A stretch of DNA of 50,346 nucleotides, filler included, from Sphacelaria rigidula (lineage: Eukaryota), in NCBI GenBank assembly GCA_964200075.2. It is 2 parts of 2 records of this genome, joined end to end, with 100 filler letters (N's around TTAATTAATTAA, not from the genome) between each part and the next. Parts side by side here need not be neighbours in the genome. Positions count along the whole stretch, not along the records: positions 1 to 25,148 come from CAXNAA020000179.1; 1 more part is not named here. One strand, written 5' to 3'. A program made the position numbers and the translations under genes. How positions within the stretch are numbered: the stretch's first letter is position 1; every line of letters starts with the position of its first letter. Under the pieces are notes generated by a model. It had not been told where the DNA came from. It was given only the letters and a program-made list of their open reading frames with translations, and made no database searches. Shown here one piece after another: positions 1 to 12,309 of this stretch.

Positions 1-77
1 TCTTGTGTACGGGTGCGGTGCGGGGGGTGCGTACTCATTTGTTGCTTGCCTTAGTCGTTTGACCATTGACCATAACG

Positions 78-968
78 TACGGGGGGGGAGAATACTTACC
101 ATGATGGTTATGCTATACAGCTGGATATGGGAAAACGAGGACACACTCAAGAGATGGAGAGAAGGAGCAGGAGTCAATCTTTTCAAAAAAGGAGACCAGG
201 CTTACCCAGGGAACTGTAGAGGGACAACGCTACTGAGTGCGGTAGGGAAAAAGTTCTGTAAGATTCTGAATGATGGAGGAGGAACGATGCTAGAGAAGGA
301 CGAAAACAATACGCGAGGGACAAGCAGGTTTTAAACCAAACCGTAGTTGCGTAGATCATGTGTACACACTAGGTGAGATTGTTCAAGGTAAAAAAAAGCC
401 GAGCTGATCACGTACTGTTTCTTTCGGGACGTGCAAAAGGCTTATGGCACAGTATGGAAACATGGACTGTGCAGAACGTTGTGGGAAACTGGGATCGGAG
501 GAAAGATGTGGAAAATGATAAAGACGATGACAGGATGTGCCAAAAGTGCCATGATGCTGGGCCGGTGAATATCAAAATATTTTGTTATCTTGAAAGGAGC
601 TGCACAAGGATGTACATTATCACCCACTTAATTTGAGGTATTTTTCAGTGACCTGATACTAGCGATAGAAGCAGAAACTCAGGGAGTCAAGGTGGGCGAA
701 AGATGGTGATATCAGGTTCTATGTTCACGGATGATTTTGTGGGAATTTCAGGAACAGCAGAAGGGTCGCGAAAAAAATAAAAAAAATGCTCTAGAATACA
801 CCAGGAAATGGAGGGTGACAGCGAATGTTCACAAATGCGCGGTACTAGTCTGTAACGAAGATAAGAAAACTCCGGTGAAGTTCAAATGGAAGTGGGGAGA
901 AGAGGAACTGCCGATCGTACACCAGTATACATATCTTTTTTATAGAGATCTCAAGAAACCGTTCTTGG

Positions 969-1000
<32 letters not shown>

Positions 1001-2150
1001 ATCTCACATTAGCTGATTGCAACAACCCAGCCCGTGGTCAGGAGCAGCAAAGGGATGCACACTGAATAAAGTAATAGAAAAGGGTAGGACACATATAGGC
1101 AGGATGGACGTGATCCTCGAGACTCGCACCAAGACACCAGGATTAAGAGATATATCCTGATAACGTGATCGTACCAAAGCTGGAATATGCAGGAGAAATA
1201 TGGGAGGGGAAGGTGAAGTTTGTGAAGAAGGCGGAAACAGTACGGATGGCAGCAGCTAAGAAGATACTTGGATACTCGAAAACGACGAGTAAGACAGCTT
1301 TGAGAGCGGACTTAAGAATGTACTCACTTGAAAGAAACAGAGACATAAGGAAATTGAGGTGGCAATATAGCGTAAAAAACACGCAGAGAAAGAGATTGCC
1401 ACCTATAGTTAGCGATAGGACTGTATGGAAGAAAAGTACGAAATGGCATGCTGAAATAAGATGGGATGAAGAAGTCGAGAAAGTATGGAAGGAGGTAGGA
1501 GGAAACTAAGACGGAATATTGTTCATAGATGAAGACGCGGGGTACGAGACAAAAGCAAGAGACATGATAGAAATATGGGAAAAGGAGTGCTCCGACGCAA
1601 AATAAACGGAGAAGAACACCTGGAGATATACGGGTGGTCGAGAGAGGGATCGGGATGAAAACATATCTGCATTGCCCCATGAACGCAGCGAAAAATCTGA
1701 AACTGCAATTTCGGGTGGGGGACGTGGACCTGCCAAAAAGAAGAAAGATATATACCAGTAGTTGAGTGGAGAAGGAAGTAGATGCACAGAACTGCCCCTA
1801 TGGCAAAGGAATGGAGAGCAGGAGTCATATAGTGGCAGAGTGTGAACTATGCAAGGGGGAACGGGACGTGCTAGAGGGGGAAATATGCGGGACGTGAAAA
1901 AGTGGCATGAAATGTTTTGATGCATTAGACAGTAGGGAGAAAACAATGGCTATACTAGGAGATAGACGGCGGCCACAGACGGCGAAACAGGATGCGGACG
2001 GTATATGTAAAAGGGCTTTTGAGCAATGTATGGAAGAAACGTAATGAGCACCTAAATAATGGAGGTGTCTCTCATAGGAGTAGGAACAATGCTTCGTCTC
2101 GAAAGAGATGCATGGTCAATGGTCAAACGACTAAGACAAGCAACACAGAG
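78..2150 (+). mobile_element. Degenerate, 5'-truncated non-LTR retrotransposon (LINE): RT domain plus C-terminal Cys/His region
   Basis: Frameshifted translation gives RT motifs in order: WREG..VNLFKKGD..PGNCRGTTLLSAVGKKF, QAGFKPNRSCVDH, DVQKAYGTVW, GAAQGCTLSP, catalytic MFTDDFVG (721-744), ANVHKCAV, YTYL, PKLEYAGEIW. A C-terminal CP..ESRSHIVAEC follows at ~1790-1845, then a C-rich tail at ~2153-2168. There are multiple stops and frameshifts. Confidence 0.92.
972..1051 (-). mobile_element. 80-bp extreme 3' end of an RTE-like LINE/SINE with (AATC)n tail, inserted into the first LINE
   Basis: (GATT)8 at 969-1000. GGGAT is duplicated at 967-971 and 1052-1056. Removing the insert rejoins the host coding sequence (TCTTGGGATGCACAC). 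The reverse complement resembles the 3' end at 8907-8970. Confidence 0.75.
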
Positions 2151-2924
2151 CACCCCCCCCCACCCCCAAAGCTCTGCAGATTCGGCGCCTCTGGATTATC
2201 TTTGAACCGTAGTGTGCAGCCTAAAAAAACCCTTGGACTTAAACAAAAGGTGCATCCCTACCGTAGAATCTCCCTTGAGTAGGCATTAGGAGCTGTCGTT
2301 CCTCTTGGTCTCCAAGAGGTTGCGCTCTCTCCAGAGGAAAACACGCGCCGGCCACGCCTGCTGAGGATGATTTGAAATCACACTAAACTGTCACGCGCCC
2401 GTGTTATTCACGTACGCACAACACGCATGGCCCAAATTGTTTAGGTACTACAGTATAACTCGAGAATATCGAAGATGTAGGCCTTGGGGGATTAGTTTAC
2501 CAAGTCAAAATGATGATGCCGCTTCAACGGATGACCCACCCCTCGTCCAACGCCTGTGTAAAGCGCATACATATAGCGGTGAAACATGTTGTGGATACAA
2601 CGGGTTCAACAGACGACCCACCCTATGGTGAAAAGAGAAAGTGATGCGAAGAGACATCCCACAGAAGAGCGATGCCCAAGAGAGATGGGGGGAAACGCAC
2701 ATTGCTTGCTATGGGTATCTTGATTGTGAAGTGGCTGTGACAGTGGTGATGGGTCTCGTCGCCATCCTGAGTTCTGAAGCGGCACTTCGTACCTCAGGAT
2801 GAGGGTCTCAAATCAGAGCATACATCTCGAGAAATAATCCTCGGAATCCGGCGTGTGTCATTGGCGGCGTTTTCTCCTTGCGCCCCGATCTTGTAACGCG
2901 AAAAAGCAGTTTCCATCATCGTCA

Positions 2925-2980
2925 CGACGATGATGATGATCATCTGATCGCCATCATCTGATCGCCATCATCTGATCACC
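2925..2980. repeat. Short tandem repeat (CATCATCTGATCGC-like unit, ~3 copies, after a (GAT)n run)
   Basis: Visible directly: gatgatgatgat catctgatcgc catcatctgatcgc catcatctgatcacc. Confidence 0.8.
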
Positions 2981-5399
2981 ACCCCGTATCATTCTCTTTG
3001 TACTGGCAGGGTCAGCTAAGAAGCTCACATTTCTCTAGCACACGATAACGTATGCAGTTTTCCCGTACAAAGTGGACGGAAGTACATCGCTGTGAAGTGC
3101 AGATCAACGTGCTGATGCACGCTTTGGCGTGAAAGAGTAAATATACGGCATCAAATATAACATAAACCACGATACCGGATTCTGCACAGAGGAATGTATC
3201 TGTCGGGATCTAAATTCAGTACGTTCCGATCTCGTGGGCATCTCTTGTACCAGCTTGTCACGGAGTGCAACGGTGTCACACACAAGAGAAAAGTGAAGTG
3301 CTTTGCTCAATTGGAGGCCTTTTTAGCTGAACATTTACACGTACGTACTACACGTCAGCATGCGAAAACTAGCCACTGCAGTCATGTATCATCCTAATTA
3401 TATATTCACGAAAGTATGGCCCGCCACACTACATGAAAATAGTGTGGGTAGGGATTTATTTTTATTTTTATTTTTTTCCTCTGATGATGCACGACTCTGT
3501 GTGGGTCTAAGTCGACGTACCTCTCTCGCCACAGCGACATAGATCCACTGTTGAGGCCCGGGGGTCAAGAAACGATTGTGGCGAGGGGAGAGCGAACGTG
3601 TAGTCATGCAGCTGCGGGATACAAGAGATAAACACAGCAGCAGGAGGTGCATCAGATGTGTACATCGACCAGACTCTATCCCTTTGTTGCAGACTTCTTT
3701 GTAACCCGTCGGTCGATGTAAAAATATATTGACATCTCTTCTTGGGCAAAGAGCGTAGCGGCACACCATGCATATCCTACTACGGAGCAATGCTACGGTA
3801 GGGCTGCACTTTTCCGGCGCAATCTTGTCTGGTTCAGGGGCTCCTAATGATTCTAGATGCACAAGAATATGGGTCAGGGCATCCCCGTTTGCAAATTCAG
3901 TCGGGATATCCCCAGCACATTGGAATGGTAATCCTGGTGTACTCTCACAGATTTTCACAAGACGTGTTTTGGATGAGATCAAGAGCTTCTAATAAGTCTA
4001 ACCTCAGAAAATATTTGTGCACCACTACCGTAGCATCACTTTACGTACTTCGTGGCGATCCGTGAAATGCGCACGCGCACAACCTCGTCTGTGTGCACAG
4101 CATTACGCCAGCGACGAACACGGTCCGAGCATCGGGCACCTCTTCTCTTCCCCAAACACCGCAACACCTCCCGACCACACGCACCCGACACACGCATTAT
4201 CCGAAGCATTGTCCCCACGAGTCTGGGATTTGCTGGGTGCGTCAGGCGTGGGTTAGTCAGGCGCATACGTCAACACCAGATTACAGAAGTAGCAGAGAGG
4301 TTGTTTTATATCGCATCGAAGCTTGACTTGTGTGCACACCACGATGCAAGCAGCGAACACTGTGTGTCTGTGCAGCAGAATCGCACGTTCACCCGTCCAA
4401 CTGTAGTCGGAAATGTCACGCCCGCGTGCACACACGCTCCACCACACGAGCACCCGTCGACAAAGCAATGTATCCTTTTTCCCACCTCGGGTGTATATCG
4501 TGTGTGTGTCACCCGCGGATTCTTCTGCGAAAACATTTGTGTCCACAGTCCAGGTGTAACGTACCGCATCACGCCGCCGTCCTAGGTGGCAAACATCTAG
4601 ACGCCCACCGACTTTCAATCCACACAGGTATTGCACACCCACAATCTACACTCACCACCGCAGCCAAAAAAAGACGACATCCACAACACTTCGTCAGCAG
4701 CAGTACGTGCCTCTATGGACACCAACAATGGTGTACAACGAGTCATCACGGCTGCACAACGACAGCGCAGAGAGGGACCGCGTGAACTAGGCGAACAGCA
4801 AGGCGGAAATCAACAGAAGGGGACGCAGAACTCGCGCGAAGGACGCTGCGGTTGTTCAACAGCGATTCTACCAAAGGGAACGTAGAGCAGCCATCTTGTC
4901 ACCAAACAGGCATCGTGTCGATTATATTCTGCGTCACGAGGACGACATATCGCGTCTACGAAGCATTGTCACTCAGCGGCGTGAGGCCATCCAAAGCGCG
5001 CGGGAACGAGTGGGTATAGTACATATATATATATATATATATAGAATATTTCGAACTCAAGAGCGTGTAGCATACTTTGTAACGAGGCGTTCACGAGATT
5101 TATTGCTGATTTTAGTATGCGAGTTCCTCCGCCCCCGCCCCAGGAGATGAATGTTTGGGCCAATGCCAATGCGAGGGGCCCGGTTGGCGGGTTCGTACTT
5201 TACTTTATGCGGGGGTACACATGCGTTCGCGACAGTTCGAACGGACGCGCGATCGCGGTGGTCCTACAATGTTCCCGGCGGGTATGCACATTTCGAGAGA
5301 GGATCTATTCCCACGAGGGCTTGGCAAGGCAAGGATTGCGAGACCCTCGAAAAAGGCGGACGAGACCGGGGCGTAGCCCCGGGTCCCGTGTGGCTTGTA

Positions 5400-5680
5400 T
5401 ACAAATAAAAAATGCCGACCCTTGCCGCTACTGTGGTGCTGAATTGTTGGAGAAAGGGTTCGGGGGGATTTGTTGCAAAAGCGGTGAATATGTCCTTCCG
5501 AGACTACCGCCTCTGCCTGCTGTCCTTCACGAACTTTACACTTCTTCGGAGCCATCAGCACAAACGTTCCGCAAAGAATCCCGCGCGTACAATTGCCGTT
5601 GCAATTTCGCCTCGATGAATATCGAAGATGGGGAACTCAAGAACATGTTTGGCGATCATCTCCTGTCCGTCCAAGGAAGG
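5400..5680 (+). mobile_element. Helitron RepHel N-terminal exon fragment (zinc-finger region upstream of the HUH domain)
   Basis: CRYCGAELLE..GGICCKSGEYVLPRLPPLP..LHELY...FRKESRAYN..NFASM....VQGR matches the Helitron pattern C..C.A...E...CC..G...LP.L...F...R.YN..F.F.S. It ends at an AG|GTGAGA splice donor (~5680). No downstream HUH or helicase motifs were found. Confidence 0.8.
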
Positions 5681-5772
5681 TGAGAGAAATACAATTTCTC
5701 TTTCAAATAAAAAGTCTCTTTGTATGTATTGCAAACTAATAGTGTATGTACATGTACTCGGCTTACATACAT

Positions 5773-6512
5773 ACAGTGGGAGACACGGTTTAAGAGAGGG
5801 TTGTGCAGAGGCCTTGCAATCTCTCTCAAAGCTACCATCCTGTTATTTCGTTTAAAGAGAGGTTTTCTGTCAAACCGAGTGCTTGGTATAAGCGAGGTAT
5901 TCTCTTATACCGATATGCCCCGAGTATAAGGGCTCTAGAGTGCGGGTGAAACCAAGCTGTCTGGAGGGCACGCTTGCTAGTGTCAAGGCGCCCCACTCCT
6001 TGGATTTGTTGTGTATATGGGGTTTCGACCGTGGGTGAAATCAAGTCATCTGGAGGGTACGTACGCTTATGTCAACGCGCCTCGTTGGATTTTTATCTTG
6101 ATATACTGTACTGTACTGTGTACAACAGCTGCTACAGCTGTAGAAGACGGATTGAAGCCCGCAAGGGCGCGAATCAACTTCACTTACGAGAAATCAAGGA
6201 CCTGCACTCCCTCCTACGATACCCAGCAACATTATGACTACACTTCTTGGCAGCTTCTTCAGGTTTACACAAAGTCTACCACCAAACTTTGTTTCGTTTT
6301 TGTCCTGGACGCATAGTCACTCATCCAAGTGAGCTTCGCCCCAAGAAGATGGTATGATACTTCGGTCATGTTGCATTGTCCGGCTACTTCTTCAAGGTAA
6401 AACAAGAGGATTTGACGATCGGGAGAAGACGAGTGGTTGCGGTTTAAGAGAAATATGGTTCGGTTTCAGAGAGTGGTGTATCAAGCAATTGTGATCTCTC
6501 TTAAAAAGCGGT
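5773..6512. mobile_element. Probable non-autonomous DNA transposon relic
   Basis: Starts TA|CAGTGGGAG. The motif GGTTT(A/C)AGAGAG recurs at ~5787, ~5850, ~6441 and ~6462, and inverted at ~6496. There is an internal ~65-bp diverged direct repeat (5943-6006 / 6032-6090). A similar motif occurs at ~36133. No clean right TIR was found. Confidence 0.35.
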
Positions 6513-7589
6513 AGGCACGGCAAGATGTTCGCTAGCCTTTCGCGTGGTTTTGCGGCACTGCTCGTAGATATTTCTGCCATTGTAAGCGGTGTTTTGTTTT
6601 TTTCTTTTGCATTCTTTCTTCGGATTCTGCAGCCTCCACGCCATTATCGGACGGCCCCTCAATTGCATTTCCACAGAAAAAATCCCCTTCTGGGCAGAAC
6701 CTCCATCACCTTCTCATGTACCCTCTCACCCGCGCACAAGGGCATATTCTCAACAACAGCTTTCAACTAGGCTGTTTTCTTCTTCATGCACTTTTCACCG
6801 CCGTGCTCTCGCTTACGATTCGGCCCCCCTCGCCCACTGGGGACGTGGGAACCCTTCAGTCCTCTAGTATCAGTATATGTGGAGGTTAAGTTACGGCATT
6901 CGAAATTCTTGTCAGAATATATAACTAGTTGCAATTTGCGTAGTTTTTGCTCTTGGCTACGGCGGCCAGTTTTGGCGTCTTGGTATAAACCGTGAGTGGA
7001 AAGTTCAGCTTCTAACTCTTCAAAACTGGCCGTGCGAAGCTGGTCAAGCGTCAAAAGATTTCCATCAAGCTAGCCCAGCTCGTGGTGTTGGTGTCATTAT
7101 TGGTACTTTCGTATTTCGTACTTTTATTCGTGTCGATGTTGACAAATAGCGACCGCCTGCATGATCTTCATTGGTCGTTCTGCTGGATTGGCTGTACTAT
7201 TCCGTAAGCATCCTGCCTGTACTCCATTGTCGGCCGCATTCGCGGTAGTGGTGGCTGTCCGTCAATGTCTGCCGTCCAGTTAAGTATAGCTTATGACATG
7301 CGTGGTACGAGCACGACCTCACGGCTGACCACCCCACATACTTCCGATTGATGAAGGAGGTGGCGTAACTCCAACAGAAAGGGTGGACAGCACTTCTTCT
7401 TGCACATTGCCGAGCGACTGCTTTTTCCTGTGACCCCGTCACTTAATGACGTTATCGTTCCCGGATGTAGCGTCTTTGAATGCACGGATCATTCCACCTG
7501 TTCCATCATACTATGGTGCAGACATCTGACACTTTCTACGATAGCCCCCCCCCAAAACCAGCCCAAAAGTGTCACGAACAACATGGACA

Positions 7590-8970
7590 TGCAGCACCCG
7601 ATGTTTGAGTTCAGGCTGCATGAAGCACCTCATAAGGCGTTCGTCTTCCTAGGTGGTGCTATCAGCGCGGATGCGAAAATGTCCCATCGAAACCAACCGC
7701 CGCATCAGCGCAACGTGAGCGCGTATCCGAAAATTTGGATCCCAACTCTACGATCGGCCTCACGGCCAACTATCCCTGAAAGTCCGGTTGATTAAGGCGG
7801 AGGTGGTAGAAGCTCTGTGGTACGAATGTGCCACACGGACGTTACGTTCTGAGGACCTTGACAGTCTGCGCACTCCCCATCTCAAGCTTTTGCTGCGAGT
7901 GGTTGGATTCCGCAGAAAGGATCGAAAATGTCTACAACACACTTTCGTACAGAGCGGTGCTCGAGATGACCACTGGGAGCGTATTGAGACGACTATCCGC
8001 AAAGGTCATCTCTGGTTCGCGGGAGCCCTTGTCCAGCAGAAGGAAGCACACCTTCCTGAGTGCATCATGAACGGAAGGTTAGCCGCACCAGGGCCCACGG
8101 AGGCTGGCCGCCGCTCAAAACGATGGGAGGAAAACCTCCAGGAGAATCTACGTGCACTAGGAGCTATGCCGCACAGAGGAGCGCGACAGAACTGGTTCGT
8201 TCACGGTGTAGAGGTTAACGATGAATATGAAGGGGTCACCGCGGCGAAGAACACGGGCAAATGGCATATTGGAGTCGAAAAGGGAGCAGAAGCATTTGAG
8301 GACACGCGGAGACAGGAAGACAAACGAGAATCGCCCCGCCGTCGCAAGAGGCTGCTGCATCGAGAGCCGTCGATCGAAGAATCCCGTCTGCTCATACCGG
8401 TTATTTATTGTGTCCTTGGTCGGTGCCTCTGCGATGCCCCCTGGTGTGTGTCTGTATCTGCTCTGCTGCCCTGAATTCTTTGAGCTCCACCACGTCCGTA
8501 GTCTCCTTCTTCTCTGCTCTCCCTTTCCCCCATCTTTCTCTCTCTATATATAGATGTGCGTGTTCTTCCCTGCAGGTGTATGTCAGAGCAATGTGGTACC
8601 TCGCTTCATTGTGCTTGTCCACGGATGAAAGGACCCATACCCCAAAGAGTGCGGTCGTAGTAGATGAGCCGCAATCGTTTCCTTCCTTTCCCATGGCCTT
8701 TGGTTTTCTACGACTAGGTATGAGTGTGGTCCTGCGCAAGACCTTTTCCGCCGAAGCCATGTGACAGGCGCCGGCCATTTTTTGTCTCTTCTTGTTATTC
8801 ATTTATTTATTTTCTTGTTCTGCTTCAGTCTACTCTGTTGTTCTGTTCTCATTGTTTCTGCAGCGGGTGTTTCAGTTTTGTTTTGTCTCGGGTACGTCCA
8901 TCATGTTACCACGGCTGGATCCCTGTGGGGTCAGTCAAAGTGCGACAATCACTCAACAAATCAAACCAAA
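7590..8970 (+). mobile_element. RTE-clade-like LINE, 3' half (end of RT, C-terminal region, 3' UTR), degenerate
   Basis: FVFLGGAISAD, IKAEVVEALWYECAT.TL, HLKLLLRVVGFRRKDR, IETTIRK..LWFAG.LV....LP.CIM.GRL...GR..KRW are typical of the RTE C-terminus. A T-rich 3' UTR ends in AATCACTCAACAAATCAAACCAAA. Confidence 0.85.
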
Positions 8971-9059
8971 AGCGGGGCAGTCCGAGCGCTCACCCATGCA
9001 GGATGGAGCAAAGATATTTTTTCGACTTTGTCGTGTGATACTCCAATGCGCACGTATAA

Positions 9060-9790
9060 CTGAAAACGGTATATATTCAAAGGGTGTGTTGAGTTGGCAT
9101 GCTCTTTTTGTCGTTTGATTCTCCGGACAAGGGAAAGTCATCGGTACACTATAGAAGGGTCTGTTCGGTTGGAATATTTTTCATGTACATCTTGTTTTGG
9201 GATTTCTTGGACAAGGTGGAGACAGCGGTATACGATAAAAGGGTCTGTTCGGTTGGGTATATATTTTTTGTTGTCTTTCTGTTTTTCGGCTTTTCTTGGA
9301 CAAGGGGAAGACAGCGGTGTGCAAAAAAGGAGTATGCTGTTTCTCTTTTTTTCTGTTGTTTTTGGTATCTCTGGAGAAGGGGGAGACAACGGCATACATT
9401 CAAGGGGGATCTTAAGTTTGGATGGTTTTGTTGTTGTTCTACTGTTGTTGTTGGGGGCAGACCATGACATACATTCAAGGGGCATGTTGGGTTGGGATGG
9501 TTTTTTCGTTGTTTTTCTCTTGTTCAGGGTTTTCGAACAAGAGGAGGGCAACGGTATACAAGACAAGGGTCTGTTGCGTCGGGATATCGCATTTTCGTTG
9601 TTTTCTCGCTGTTCAGGGTTTTGGGGGGCAAGGGGGAGACAGCGGTATACAATCAAAAGGGATGTTGGATCGGCATATCATCTTGTTTCCAATGTTTTCT
9701 TGTTTTAAAATTTGTGTCTTTTTTGGACATGGGAAAGACGGCGGGATACGATGAAGGGGCATGTTGGCCTGGCGTGGGTTCCTCGATGAT
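9060..9790. repeat. Degenerate tandem array of ~70-90 bp units (GGACAAGGGGAAGACAGCGGTATAC...AAAGGG.CTGTT.GGTTGG + T-rich tract), ~8 copies
   Basis: Unit heads at ~9125, 9209, 9298, 9373, 9535, 9627 and 9724. Confidence 0.8.
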
Positions 9791-11662
9791 TTTTCGTTGG
9801 TTAGATTATCCTTCGAAACAGGGATGGCGATATAATGTCCTTCGCAAACTGCGGGTGCTGCGGCCGAGAAATGACCCCAGTTTGTTTCTGTTCTCTGTGT
9901 CCCCACCTTCACCACCAGAGAGGGTTGATGGCGCACGAAGTCCTCCTGCAACAGCCGCGGAGACAACATCCTACCATGCATGAAGAAGTCACTCAGGGGT
10001 GCACTTTTTGGGTCAAACCTTGTCTGAAGCTTGTCTGAGGCTTGTCTGAGGTTGCACACTAAGGCCGAGAATTTTGTCATCGAGAGGCTCCTACAACGAA
10101 GGGTCTCACAACAGAACAAAGGAGTGCGCCCCTACCGTGGCATTTGCTCAATACGATGCCGTGTTTCTATTCTCCGTCAACTGGAACAACGCGTGCCGCT
10201 TGTTGGCCCCGACACAGATTCGGCCTTCTATTGGGGGAACCTGGTGACATAACACGGCGATTCATTCGATATAAGGCCGGATCGACCGTCAATCGGTCGC
10301 AGGCCGTTTTCGACGACAGGCCGCCTCATTCGGAATGGATCACCCCGGCCTTATATAGGGTCCGGTACGGTTGTATACGGGAAAACAGGGAAAATGGATA
10401 GGATAACATGGCCTCGTTCGAATCCCAAGACATCGACCGACCACAGCCTCTTGGTGGCTGTAGTGAAGAGCTGTTCCGTGCCGTGCCCATGATCGCACCA
10501 CCCGCAGGCTCAGGAATGACCTATTGATGGTCACGTCAAGGTTGTGCCCCATGACCGCGGGTCTGGGCGGAACAGTTTGTTGAGCCCGTGTGAGATTCAT
10601 ACAGTAGGATTTACGTTAGTTTCGCCGCACGTCATTCGATCCATGCGGCCCAACGCATCATTGTCACGTACCACTGCGTATCCCACCATCACCGACAGTG
10701 CGTGGAAGATTCCGTACTACTGCACAGAGTAATAGGCATCGCTCCATTCTAGAGCAATCCACCGTGCAGTTACATGTGGACAACATGTCGCAAACACCGT
10801 CGAATAAAGGCAGTATCGTACACCACTCGGATCTTCATGGCATCTCTGTGAGTGCTACACGTTCGAAGTGCTTGCAGTCTATAGATTCTTTGTAAAAGGA
10901 AGCGGTGCAGGAAATCGGCTGGGTGCCACGACAGCAAGCGGCTTTGCCTAAGGTATAGCTCAGCACGGCTAACTAAACGCGGTGACGATCCTCCGGCTTC
11001 ATTTCTCCCAAAAGATCAAGGTGGGTGCACAAGATTGATCGACACGCACGTCTATTACCGGTATTCATACAGTACGGTAGTACTCCTGACTGTGCTGCAG
11101 GTGGAGGTCCTGGGACAGTCCGATCGTCCTGTTCGTGCTCCTACATCAACACATACACTCCGCTCATGTTTTCGTCCAGTGCCTGCTGTGAATGGGCCCT
11201 GATCCTCTGAATCCACGACCGGGATTCGAGAGGGCACGCTGTGAACATTTCGCGACCTGTTCGCGAAGGTGATGCCTCGCGCGAAAGCGGCTCCGGACGC
11301 AGACATACATGGTGAGATATTATTCTTTTTTGGTCAATTAAATTCGTCGCTTTGAGCTAAATAATGTAAAAACCACGTGTCATCTTCTTCGTCGCGCAGG
11401 GCAAAAGCCTCGGAAATACCCCACTGCAGCTGTGGTGGTTTGGTGCCGAACACATGAGGACATCTCTCCCGATACACTTGGAGTTCAGGACGAAGCATAG
11501 TTGAACAAATGCGGTGAGCATAGAAAAGAGGTACGTGTAATATGTCTAATAATACTACTACCACTACTACTACTACTGGTGCTCGCCGTGACATGTATGG
11601 TGTGAATTTCCTTCCGAAGATGGAGCGGATGCTGTGCCAAATTTCCCCGTACTGGTCTGAGT

Positions 11663-12100
11663 ACGGGATCTTACAAATTGGGGATGGATCTTTTATTGGG
11701 GATGAGAAACCCGGAGAATTAAAATCTTCGTATCCACACCAAATCTTCGAAGTATGGTTTCATTTCTTCACCTACTGATAGCTTTTGACAACTGCTACAC
11801 ACCACCGGAATTTGGATTTCGATCATCGAAATGTTGGGGTCATAGGTGAAAAAACAATTTTGGGAAATTTCGGGTGTCCGAACGGACGCCAAAAAAAGTT
11901 CCGAAATTGTTTTTCATCAAGGACCCCAACATTTCGGTGATCGAAATCCAAATTTCTATGGTGTGTAGCAGTTGTCAATAGCTATCAGTAGGTGAAGAAA
12001 TGAGAACATATTGCGAAGATTTGGTATGGATACGAAGATTTTCGTTCTCCGGGTTTCTCATCCCCAATAAAAGACCCATCGCCAATTTGTAAGATCCCGT
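11663..12100. mobile_element. 438-bp fold-back element (MITE) that is one continuous imperfect palindrome
   Basis: ACGGGATCTTACAAATTGG... pairs with ...CCAATTTGTAAGATCCCGT. The arms stay colinear to the centre GGTGTCCG-AA-CGGACGCC (loop 11881-11882). The TSD is ambiguous (GT/GT, or TA/TG). Confidence 0.9.
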
Positions 12101-12309
12101 GTTGGTGGTGTCTTTCCTCTCTTTCGCATGTTTTTGGTCGTTTGTCTGGGTGGTGGGTGCTGGTAGGACGCGCATCATGTTTGAACACTGGCGAAACGCT
12201 CTGCAGAGAAGAGCTGACTGTATATCGACATGTACGACAACAACAACAAAAATAAAGATAATAGGTGAAGCGCGTCAAAAACGGGTCACGAAGTCGTGGC
12301 GTGACCCTG

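Noticed and set aside
2603-2644. DPPY peptide (GSTDDPPYGEK), resembling the amino-methyltransferase catalytic motif
   Set aside because: It comes from a short local duplication (STDDPP also at ~2524), lacks the preceding hydrophobic strand and any SAM-binding motif, and is followed by a stop.
3398-3982. Minus-strand 194-aa ORF with CMVC...CPRRDVN, suggestive of TnpB/Fanzor RuvC-III
   Set aside because: There is no NAA.NI continuation and no RuvC-I or RuvC-II motifs, so it is likely a chance antisense frame.
9060-9790. Repeat-spacer pattern as a CRISPR array
   Set aside because: The repeats are highly degenerate, the spacers are T-rich and related to each other, there are no cas genes, and the context is eukaryotic.
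10269-10356. 12-bp inverted repeat ATATAAGGCCGG / CCGGCCTTATAT
   Set aside because: It is too short and has no convincing outer TIR or TSD. It may be an old MITE but I cannot support that.
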